DNA of 31,681 nt, taken from Minisyncoccota bacterium (GTDB taxonomy: Bacteria; Patescibacteriota; Minisyncoccia; Phycocordibacterales; UBA9973). The DNA is taken from assembly GCA_035438645.1 (NCBI GenBank), contig DAORIU010000001.1, positions 1-31,681 of the forward strand, written 5' to 3'. Both the position numbers and the translations under genes were made by a program. This document shows, in pieces, positions 9,508 to 17,476 of the stretch. Each line of letters begins with the position of its first letter. The first letter of the stretch is position 1. The notes below the pieces were generated by a model. The model saw nothing but the letters and a program-made list of their open reading frames with translations, searched no databases and was not told the DNA's origin.

Positions 9508-10548
9508 ATGATTAAAAACATCGATAATTTGGAAGTAAAAAACTTAGAAAATGGACAAGTAGAAATCAAAGGAGAAATCTCTTGGGAAGCTTTTTCTAGC
9601 TTTGAAAAAAAGGCACTAGAGAGGCTTTTGCCACATGTAGAAGTAGCTGGCTTTAGAAAAGGTAATGTGCCAGAAGCCATTGCCAAAAAAGAGCTTGGGG
9701 ATGAACTCATACTCTCAGACATGGCAGAGCTTTCAATCCAAGAATTTTATCCTCAGATTTTGGAAGAGAAAAAGATTGATGCTATAGGCCGGCCCAGTGT
9801 TACAATCACAAAACTCGCTAGAGAAAACGCTCTCGGATTTACTATCGTTACTGAAGTTTTACCAGAGATAACTCTGCCAAACTACAAAAAAATAGCTAAG
9901 GATGCTCCAAAGGCATCTGGTGTTTCTGTCTCTGAAGAAGAGGTTGATAAGGTGATAGAAGATCTAAGACAAATGAAAGCTTATGGTCATGTCCACCATC
10001 ACGATGATCACAATCATGCTCACGAAGAACCACTTCCTGAAGTAAATGATGAATTTGCCAAAAGCTTTGGCGCCTTTGAAAGCGTTGCTGATTTGCGAGC
10101 AAAAATCAAAGAAAATACCTTGAAAGAAAAAGAGCAAAACGAAAAAGACAAACGTCGTATCGCTATCATGGATGGCATCATTACCGAAGCCAAGTTTATC
10201 GTTCCTTCTATCATCATAAAATCTGAACAAGAAAAAATCCTCGCTCAAATAGAAGCCGACGTTTCTCGCAGTGGTATGGAGTTTGAAGAGTATTTGAAAC
10301 ACACAAATAAAACACGTGAAGGTATAATGGAAGAATTTAAATCAGAAGCTGAGAGACGTGCTAGATTTCAAATGTGTATCAACGCTATCGCCAAAGACAT
10401 GGATTTCAAGACGACAGATGAGGAAGTAAAAGCTGAAGCCGAAAAACTAATGCAGATGTATCCAGGTGCCGACCTTGCCCGCACTACAGCTTATGCTGAC
10501 ATGCTTCTAACAAACGAAAAGATTCTTTCGACACTAGAGAGTTTGTAA
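9508..10548 (+). CDS. tig: Trigger factor lacking the FKBP PPIase domain
   Basis: Ribosome-binding signature VAGFRKGNVP, IDAIGRP, LPEVNDEFAK and a C-terminal SurA-like domain. Only 346 aa. Confidence 0.92.
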   Translation: MIKNIDNLEVKNLENGQVEIKGEISWEAFSSFEKKALERLLPHVEVAGFRKGNVPEAIAKKELGDELILSDMAELSIQEFYPQILEEKKIDAIGRPSVTITKLARENALGFTIVTEVLPEITLPNYKKIAKDAPKASGVSVSEEEVDKVIEDLRQMKAYGHVHHHDDHNHAHEEPLPEVNDEFAKSFGAFESVADLRAKIKENTLKEKEQNEKDKRRIAIMDGIITEAKFIVPSIIIKSEQEKILAQIEADVSRSGMEFEEYLKHTNKTREGIMEEFKSEAERRARFQMCINAIAKDMDFKTTDEEVKAEAEKLMQMYPGADLARTTAYADMLLTNEKILSTLESL

Positions 10549-10556
10549 AAATAATG

Positions 10557-10582
10557 AAATGCCCCGATAAGTCGGGGCATTT
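10557..10582. terminator. Terminator after tig
   Basis: aaatgccccga-taag-tcggggcattt, a perfect stem. Its T-tail overlaps a TTGACT hexamer ahead of the next gene. Confidence 0.8.
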
Positions 10583-10623
10583 GACTTTGGGGCAAAATTT
10601 AGTAAGGTAATGAAAAAAGTACA

Positions 10624-11427
10624 ATGAAAAGAAAAATATTAGTTAAAGAAACAACTGTTACTGGCCCTAATTTTTGGGGGCGAAATTCAAGTATTACATT
10701 CTTACCTGCTGGAAAACCTGGATGGTTTTGGAGAACCAAAAAAGGTGATATACCGATTGATCATAATATCGTTGTATCCAAGAAAGGCAGGCTACAGGCA
10801 AGGTATGGTGATGAAAAAATAAATGTCCTAGAGCATATTATGGCTTTAAAATTTTTAATTTGTCTGGACCAAGTGATTCTTGTTACTCATAACCCTTGGC
10901 CTCCATACATAGGAGGGACAGGTGGCTATGCTAGACAGCTTTCTAAATCTTGGGTGCAGACTGACTACAATTTTGAAACAATTGAGCCAAATAAAAATAG
11001 CCTTGTTCAGCTAGACAACAAGCTGGCTACTGAGGTTTCAATTAAAAAAACTGAAAACCCTGGATTATTGATTACTGTTCATAGCCATTGGAGTCCACTA
11101 CCCCCGTACAAAGAAACATTAGATATCAGCGACCTTGATAGCAGGAAAGACATTTTAAATGCCAGACCTCAAGGATACCCCGCACACCGGGAATATTTTG
11201 CTGAAATTGCAGGTTTAATTGGTTGGCCAAACAAAAATTATGTGTCTTGGATAGACAAAACAAAGCCACTGATAGAAACATCTCGTGAGTGGTGGACACA
11301 CGCCGTACAAGACTGCCTTGGTGAGCTGGCTCTTTGTCACTACAGGAAGATTCCATCAGCTAAAGTTTTTAGATGGTGTGCTGGACACAAACAAACACTT
11401 GAAGCAGTTAAAATTTCTTTTTCGTAA
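10624..11427 (+). CDS. Divergent LpxC-like (UDP-3-O-acyl-GlcNAc deacetylase fold) zinc hydrolase
   Basis: Motifs matched by eye to LpxC in the expected order: V.G...G..ITFLPA...G; INVLEH (E70,H71); PPYIGG; NARPQGY; THAVQDCLGEL (H226,D230); CAGH (H255). Confidence 0.65.
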   Translation: MKRKILVKETTVTGPNFWGRNSSITFLPAGKPGWFWRTKKGDIPIDHNIVVSKKGRLQARYGDEKINVLEHIMALKFLICLDQVILVTHNPWPPYIGGTGGYARQLSKSWVQTDYNFETIEPNKNSLVQLDNKLATEVSIKKTENPGLLITVHSHWSPLPPYKETLDISDLDSRKDILNARPQGYPAHREYFAEIAGLIGWPNKNYVSWIDKTKPLIETSREWWTHAVQDCLGELALCHYRKIPSAKVFRWCAGHKQTLEAVKISFS

Positions 11428-11432
11428 AGTAA

Positions 11433-11462
11433 AAAAGGTCGGACAAAAATGTCCGGCCTTTT
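11433..11462. terminator. Bidirectional terminator after the LpxC-like gene
   Basis: aaaaggtcggaca-aaaa-tgtccggcctttt. Confidence 0.8.
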
Positions 11463-11523
11463 ATCTTTTTATTGCTGATTCCCAAATATCAATCAGGTAA
11501 TCAATATTATTGTATGTATACAT
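11461..11523 (-). CDS. Candidate 20-aa micropeptide MYTYNNIDYLIDIWESAIKR
   Basis: ATG-to-TAA ORF lying between a TTGACT-N16-TATAGT promoter (11541-11568, minus strand) and the terminator at 11433-11462. Confidence 0.3.
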   Translation of the reverse strand: MYTYNNIDYLIDIWESAIKR

Positions 11524-11688
11524 AGTAGGGGTTTTTCTTAACTATACCATTATAGTATATTTAGTCAAACACTTTTTGCTTTTCGGACAAAATACGGTTA
11601 TAGTACATGCGTACCGAACTACTGTTTTAACCGAAATACTGATTTCCTACTAACTACTTACTAACAACTACTAACTTTTTAAAAACTT

Positions 11689-12279
11689 ATGTTAATCCCA
11701 ACCGTACTAGAAAAGACACCTCAAGGCGAGCGTGCTTATGATATTTATTCTCGATTACTCAAAGATCGTATTATATTTTTAGGAGGACCTGTAGATGAAC
11801 AAATTGCAAACCTCATTGTTGCACAATTATTATTCCTCGCAAATGAAGACCCGAAAAAAGATATTCATCTATACATAAACTCCCCTGGCGGAAATGTAAA
11901 GGATGGACTTGCCATTATTGATACTATGAACTTCATAAAACCAAATGTTTCAACTATATGTTTTGGTATGGCAGCATCAATGGGTGCAATGATTTTATCT
12001 GCTGGAACAAAAGGTAAGCGTTTTGCATTACAAAATGCTGAAATAATGATTCACCAACCATGGGGAGGAGCAGAAGGACAAGCCACTGATATTGAGATCG
12101 GAGCTAAACAAATAATCAAACATAGAGAAATACTTTATAAAATGCTTTCAAAAAATACTGGACAAACTGTCTCCAAAATTGAGAAAGATGCTGATCGAAA
12201 CTACTGGATGAGTTCCGAAGAAGCCAAAAAGTACGGCATAGTAGATGCTGTTATTACCAAAAACCCTGGGATAAATTAG
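11689..12279 (+). CDS. clpP: ATP-dependent Clp protease proteolytic subunit
   Basis: [33 protein letters not shown] (S97), MIHQP (H122), DADRNYWM. Confidence 0.97.
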   Translation: MLIPTVLEKTPQGERAYDIYSRLLKDRIIFLGGPVDEQIANLIVAQLLFLANEDPKKDIHLYINSPGGNVKDGLAIIDTMNFIKPNVSTICFGMAASMGAMILSAGTKGKRFALQNAEIMIHQPWGGAEGQATDIEIGAKQIIKHREILYKMLSKNTGQTVSKIEKDADRNYWMSSEEAKKYGIVDAVITKNPGIN

Positions 12280-12387
12280 TAGCGGACCTGTCCCGTTAGA
12301 AATAGACAAACAATATGAAACGAATTTCAAAAATTAAAAACTTAAACAAAATAAGTTGCGGTACATTCGCTACTTATTTCTAATGGG

Positions 12388-13875
12388 ATGAATCCTATTT
12401 TACTGGCTGTAGGAATGCTTCTAGCAGGAGGAGCTCTCGGTTACAGCATACGCGCTATTATATTTATCCTTCGCAAAAACTCTCTAGAGATCACTATCGG
12501 AGAGCGTTTGGTGCACGCCAAAGAGCAGGCTCAAAAGATAATAGATGAGGCTCGAGAAACAGAAAAACAAAAAGAGCACGAATTCAAAAATACAGAAGAG
12601 CGCCTCATCAAAAAAGAATCCCTCTTGGACCAAAGACAACTAGAACTAGATAACAAGTCAAAAACTTTAGAAGAAAAAGAGGCCAAAATAGAAGAGTTAA
12701 GAACTCAAGCTAAAAGCTTGGTAAAAGAGAGACTCTCTCTACTAGAGAGTATCTCTGGATTTTCTCTAGAAGATGCCCGAGATGCTCTTATCATAGAAGC
12801 GCAAAGAAAGTATGAAGAAGACCTCTCTGTACGAAGCAACAAACTCGAAAACCAAATGCATGAAACACTGGAAAATCGCGCCAAAGAAATTCTGATGACT
12901 GCTATCCAAAGACTCTCCGTCCCTACCACCAACGCCCTGACAACGAGTAGTGTCGCCATCCCAAACGAAGAAACCAAAGGCAAAGTCATCGGAAAAGAAG
13001 GTCGCAATATCAGAGTTTTTGAAAAAGCTTCTGGGGTCGAGCTTTTGATGGATGAGTCCCCTGGCTTTATAGTTTTGTCTTGCTTTGATCCTGTGAGACG
13101 CGCTATAGCAACACTTGCTCTTGAGAGTTTGGTAAAGGACGGACGGATCCAACCAGCGCGCATAGAGGAAGAGCTAGAAAATGCCAAAAACAACATTCAT
13201 GAAGTTATCAAACAAAAAGGCTCTGATGCTGTTTATGAGTGTGGCATCTTCAACCTTGATCCTCGTGTAGTAGCGATACTAGGTAGGTTACACTATCGCA
13301 CTAGTTACGGACAAAATGTTTTACAACACTCTATCGAAATGGCGCATGTAGCCGGCATGCTTGCTACAGAACTTGGCGCAGATGCTTATATCGCAAAAGC
13401 TGGTGCACTGGTTCACGATATCGGCAAGGCACTAGACCATGAATTTGAAGGAACTCATGTAGAAATAGGTATAAAAATGCTACGACGCTTTGGCACTGAT
13501 GAGCGCATTATCTCTGCTATGAAAAGTCACCACGATGATTACCCACACGAGTCTCTCGAAGCTGTCATAGTTCAAACAGCCGATATGATCAGTGGTTCTC
13601 GCCCTGGAGCAAGGCGTGATACTGCTGAGATGTACTTGAAGCGACTAAATGAACTCGAATCTTTGGCAAATAGTTTTGAAGGGGTAGAGAAAGCATTTGT
13701 TTTGCAGGCTGGAAGAGAGGTAAGAATATTTGTCACACCAGAAGCTATCTCTGATCTAGAATCCAAAAACTTAGCGCGCGACATTGCACTCACTATCGAG
13801 CGTGACCTGCGTTACCCTGGCCAGATTCGTGTAACAGTTATCCGCGAAACAAGAGTAATAGACTACGCAAGATAA
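12388..13875 (+). CDS. rny: Ribonuclease Y
   Basis: N-terminal TM, coiled coil, KH domain (KGKVIGKEGRNIR), HD domain (GQNVLQHS...HDIGKA, HHDD, SRPGAR), C-terminal QAGREVRI...YPGQIRVTVIRE. Confidence 0.97.
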   Translation: MNPILLAVGMLLAGGALGYSIRAIIFILRKNSLEITIGERLVHAKEQAQKIIDEARETEKQKEHEFKNTEERLIKKESLLDQRQLELDNKSKTLEEKEAKIEELRTQAKSLVKERLSLLESISGFSLEDARDALIIEAQRKYEEDLSVRSNKLENQMHETLENRAKEILMTAIQRLSVPTTNALTTSSVAIPNEETKGKVIGKEGRNIRVFEKASGVELLMDESPGFIVLSCFDPVRRAIATLALESLVKDGRIQPARIEEELENAKNNIHEVIKQKGSDAVYECGIFNLDPRVVAILGRLHYRTSYGQNVLQHSIEMAHVAGMLATELGADAYIAKAGALVHDIGKALDHEFEGTHVEIGIKMLRRFGTDERIISAMKSHHDDYPHESLEAVIVQTADMISGSRPGARRDTAEMYLKRLNELESLANSFEGVEKAFVLQAGREVRIFVTPEAISDLESKNLARDIALTIERDLRYPGQIRVTVIRETRVIDYAR

Positions 13876-13908
13876 ACAAAATCCCCGCAATTAGCGGGGA
13901 TTTTGTTT
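13874..13908. terminator. Bidirectional terminator after rny
   Basis: aaacaaaatccccgc-aatta-gcggggattttgttt. Confidence 0.85.
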
Positions 13909-13910
13909 AG

Positions 13911-14114
13911 TTAGTTTTTATTTTCATTATAAGCCTGCATTGCTTCAGCGAATTCTTCGTCTGAACCAAAAAAGACATCATCATTTGGTAATGTTCGGTG
14001 TTTTCTAGGTCTACCCATAGAGTCATACATATCTTTCTCGAATACCTTACCTCGCTCTGGAGCATCACTTGTTTCTTCTAAAATCTCTTTTTCTACTTGA
14101 TTTTCCATTGACAT
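13911..14114 (-). CDS. Small acidic hypothetical protein (start may be ATG 14108)
   Basis: 67-aa ORF convergent on the rny terminator and divergent from the ClpP-like gene. Confidence 0.55.
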   Translation of the reverse strand: MSMENQVEKEILEETSDAPERGKVFEKDMYDSMGRPRKHRTLPNDDVFFGSDEEFAEAMQAYNENKN

Positions 14115-14117
14115 AAT

Positions 14118-14146
14118 TTGACAAAATATTATTTATATGATACAAT
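14118..14146 (+). promoter_or_regulatory. Strong sigma70 promoter TTGACA-N17-TACAAT with extended -10 (TGn)
   Basis: Near-perfect consensus 20 nt upstream of ATG 14167. Confidence 0.75.
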
Positions 14147-14166
14147 TGTATTAAATTGCAACAAAA

Positions 14167-14667
14167 ATGTCAAGTATTATTCCTATATACGGGGAGATAA
14201 ACGAACAAAAAGTTGCTGAAGTAAAAAGTTGTTTACAAAGGTTGAAGGAGGCACCTCATGATAAAGAGCTTATTTTTAAGTTTAACTCAGAAGGCGGAAA
14301 CATGGAAAGCATGGAAAAAATAAAAACTTTCATGTACTTCATGAACAAAAAACAGGGGTACACAATAATTGGCAGGATGATATATGCCGAATCCGCTGCG
14401 CTGCTTTTATTCCTTAATTGCGAAGAAAGACAGGTTACTAAAGATAGTATAGGTGTTATACATATGGCAACACTAAATCGTGAGTATGACCTAAACAAAC
14501 TCAAAAGAGAGAGAGAAGATCAAGCAAACTTTATCGTAAAAAGATGCAAAGAGAAGATAAGCCTTCAACAAGTTTTTGATCTTGAAGGTAAGAAGCTTGG
14601 TTATCAAGAACTCCTCGACCTGGGTTTTGCAAATAAACTTGTAGAAACCTTTACTTTAGCAAATTAA
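14167..14667 (+). CDS. Divergent ClpP-like (crotonase-fold) serine peptidase
   Basis: IYGEI, FNSEGG (cf. INSPGG), AESAA (S76), VIHM (H99), C-terminal ELLDLGFANKL (cf. EA..YG..D.V). Confidence 0.7.
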   Translation: MSSIIPIYGEINEQKVAEVKSCLQRLKEAPHDKELIFKFNSEGGNMESMEKIKTFMYFMNKKQGYTIIGRMIYAESAALLLFLNCEERQVTKDSIGVIHMATLNREYDLNKLKREREDQANFIVKRCKEKISLQQVFDLEGKKLGYQELLDLGFANKLVETFTLAN

Positions 14668-14693
14668 GGCTGAACGACTTTGTTCAGCCTTTT
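14666..14693 (+). terminator. Terminator after the ClpP-like gene
   Basis: aaggctgaac-gacttt-gttcagcctttt. Confidence 0.75.
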
Positions 14694-14717
14694 ATTATTT
14701 CACGCTATAATATAAAC

Positions 14718-17441
14718 ATGTTCACTCCCAAAGAAACATTCAACTCTCAAGAAGCAGAGATAGGCCATATAGCAAAAGAATCACAGCGCTCTTATATATT
14801 GCAAGAAGGAGGCACCAAAACTATAGAAGAAGCTACTCGCAAAAGCATCGAAGATTATGCAAAAGTAGAAGCAAAAGACTTCCTACATGAAACTCGCGCT
14901 CTCCCTACTCATGAAGCAGAGCGCATAGTGCTTCGTCTGCGACCAGAAACACACGATCAAAAGATAGAAGAGCTCTTTGGGCTCATGGTAGAAAAAGGTA
15001 TAAAAAATGCCCTAGATATAGCCAAAAAAATGGCTGATCCACACTTAGAAGATGACTTCCACAGGTTTTTAGTCCAGTATTTACACACTATCGGTGCCAT
15101 ACCAGGGCTCAAAGAAAAAGACGAACTTTTTAAACAGTTAAACCACACTCTTTTTTCTGTTGCCCTACCACCAGAGACAGAAGAATCTGACTTTAAGAAA
15201 AAAGTTAGTGCTATGAGTCAGTTTTATACTAGCTTGATCAGTTTGGTTGGTATAGAGAACACTATTTCTATAGAAATAGCAGTAGAGCAAAAAACAAAAA
15301 ACATAAATATATTTATCGCTGTTCCTCGCACTAGTATTGATGGCTTTGAAAAATTTGTACACTCATTTTTCCCAGGATCTGCTGTTGAAGAGGTGGTTGA
15401 TGATTTCAACATCTTTGGAGAAAAGACCAGCGCTGTTTCTATAAGTTTGGCAAAACTAAAAGAAGACGCTTACAAACCACTAAAAACATACACCGACTTT
15501 GAAAATGATCCTTTTTCTGCAACTCTTGGCGCTCTATCTCAAATAGCTGAAACAGGTGAAGGTTGCGCAGTACAAATAGTCCTCTCAGAGAGCCTCAAGC
15601 ATATAGCAGAGAGAAACAACCATATACTAGCTGAAGCTCACAGTGGCGCGGGCAAGGTCAAAGATTTGTACAAAAATGCCACCGAAGGTATAGGTAAAGG
15701 CTTGGCCAAAGAAGTATTTAGTCTTTTCAAAAAGGCCAAAGAGGAAAAGCCTGATGAAGACAAAAAGATAGATACTGAAGGTATCGAACTTCTCAAAAAG
15801 AAAAACGATTCTCGTATAGTCGAAGCCTCTTTGCGTATCATAGCTTCTTCAAGTGATATTTCACGCGCCAGAGAGATACGCTCTGCTATAGAGGCAGGTT
15901 TTGGGCAGTACAACTATGTTGGAGGCAACAGCCTACAATGGCAAGAAGCAGTCGGCACCAATGTCTTAGAAGAATGCAAAGCTTTTTCTTTCCGAACACA
16001 CAGTAGCAACAAAATGGAGCTTTCACTGAACGAAGTTTCTTCTTTAGTTCACTTCCCAACAGGCACCAAAGGCCCTAGCGAACTCCAAAGCAACGACAGC
16101 GCTAGCGCACCAGCACCTCTTGGTGCATCCAAAAAAACAGAGGGTGTTTATTTGGGAACAAATACTTTTAGAGGGCAGACTTCTGATGTTTTCTTGGCCA
16201 AAGAAGATAGAGTTAGACACTGTTATGTTGTTGGACAGACAGGTACCGGAAAAACAACAATACTCAAAAACATGGCTATCCAAGATATCCAAAATGGTAA
16301 TGGTATTTGTTTTATTGATCCACACGGCAATGATATAGAAGATATCCTAGCCAACATCCCACCAGAGAGAGTAGATGATGTTATTTATTTTGATCCAGCA
16401 TACACAGCAAGGCCTATGGGGCTAAACATGCTCGAGTACGATATAAACTATCCTGAACAAAAGATATTTGTTATCAATGAGCTTCTCAGTATTTTCAACA
16501 AACTCTTTGATATGAAAACAGCTGGTGGACCAGCCTTTGAACAATACTTCCGCAACTCAGCAGGTCTTGTTATGGAAGATCCAGAGAGTGGCTCTACACT
16601 TCTAGAGATCAGTCGTGTTATGAGTGACAAAAGCTTTAGAGCTCTCAAACTCTCAAGATGCAAAAACCCTATTATTAAACAATTTTGGGAAAATGCAGAA
16701 AAGACCACAGGAGAAGCATCACTGGCAAACTTTGTACCATATATCACCAACAAGTTTGACCCATTCGTCTCCAACGACATTATGCGGCCTGTTATAGCTC
16801 AACAACACAGTGTCTTAAACTTCCGCGAGATAATGGATGGCAGAAAAATCTTGTTGGTAAACCTTTCAAAGGGCCGTCTGGGTGATATCAACTCTCACCT
16901 CATCGGACTTTTGCTTGTAGGCAAGATAACTATGGCTGCACTTTCTAGAGTAGATATCGTGGGTAAAGAAAATGTAAATGACTTTTACCTTTATATAGAT
17001 GAATTCCAAAATGTAACCACAGACTCTATCGCTACCATCCTCTCTGAAGCTCGAAAATACCGACTAGCTCTAACAGTTGCCCACCAATACATCGAGCAAC
17101 TAGAAGAAAAAATCAAAAACGCAGTTTTTGGAAACGTAGGAAATATGATCATTTATCGTGTGAGTCCAGAGAACGCTTCTGTTTTTGAAAAACAACTTGC
17201 CCCTACATTTACCCCTGATGATGTTCTCAAACTCCAAAACTTCAATGCTTATGCCAAGATCTTGGTTGGTGGTGTACCAGAGAAGCCATTTAATCTTCGT
17301 ATTCCTCCCCCACCAAAAGGCAATATGGCAATATCAGATAAAATCAAAGAGCTTTCATATCTCAAATACGGACGACCTCGAGAAGAAGTTGAAACAGAAA
17401 TAATGGCAAGATATAGACCAAAAGAAGAGCCAGCGCTCTAA
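14718..17441 (+). CDS. VirD4/TraD/HerA-like coupling ATPase (T4SS DNA-binding-domain protein)
   Basis: RVRHCYVVGQTGTGKT (Walker A), ICFIDPHG, Walker B FYLYIDEFQN, SEARKYRLALTVAHQYIEQL, GNVGN. Long N-terminal extension. Confidence 0.88.
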   Translation: MFTPKETFNSQEAEIGHIAKESQRSYILQEGGTKTIEEATRKSIEDYAKVEAKDFLHETRALPTHEAERIVLRLRPETHDQKIEELFGLMVEKGIKNALDIAKKMADPHLEDDFHRFLVQYLHTIGAIPGLKEKDELFKQLNHTLFSVALPPETEESDFKKKVSAMSQFYTSLISLVGIENTISIEIAVEQKTKNINIFIAVPRTSIDGFEKFVHSFFPGSAVEEVVDDFNIFGEKTSAVSISLAKLKEDAYKPLKTYTDFENDPFSATLGALSQIAETGEGCAVQIVLSESLKHIAERNNHILAEAHSGAGKVKDLYKNATEGIGKGLAKEVFSLFKKAKEEKPDEDKKIDTEGIELLKKKNDSRIVEASLRIIASSSDISRAREIRSAIEAGFGQYNYVGGNSLQWQEAVGTNVLEECKAFSFRTHSSNKMELSLNEVSSLVHFPTGTKGPSELQSNDSASAPAPLGASKKTEGVYLGTNTFRGQTSDVFLAKEDRVRHCYVVGQTGTGKTTILKNMAIQDIQNGNGICFIDPHGNDIEDILANIPPERVDDVIYFDPAYTARPMGLNMLEYDINYPEQKIFVINELLSIFNKLFDMKTAGGPAFEQYFRNSAGLVMEDPESGSTLLEISRVMSDKSFRALKLSRCKNPIIKQFWENAEKTTGEASLANFVPYITNKFDPFVSNDIMRPVIAQQHSVLNFREIMDGRKILLVNLSKGRLGDINSHLIGLLLVGKITMAALSRVDIVGKENVNDFYLYIDEFQNVTTDSIATILSEARKYRLALTVAHQYIEQLEEKIKNAVFGNVGNMIIYRVSPENASVFEKQLAPTFTPDDVLKLQNFNAYAKILVGGVPEKPFNLRIPPPPKGNMAISDKIKELSYLKYGRPREEVETEIMARYRPKEEPAL

Positions 17442-17476
17442 GACACACTGGTGCAAAATATGTTATTATTTTGCAT

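Noticed and set aside
12705-13196. Long antisense ORFs (e.g. 163 aa inside rny, 148 aa inside xth, 144 aa inside cca, 134 aa over hup)
   Set aside because: They are shadow frames opposite well-supported genes and show no recognisable motifs.
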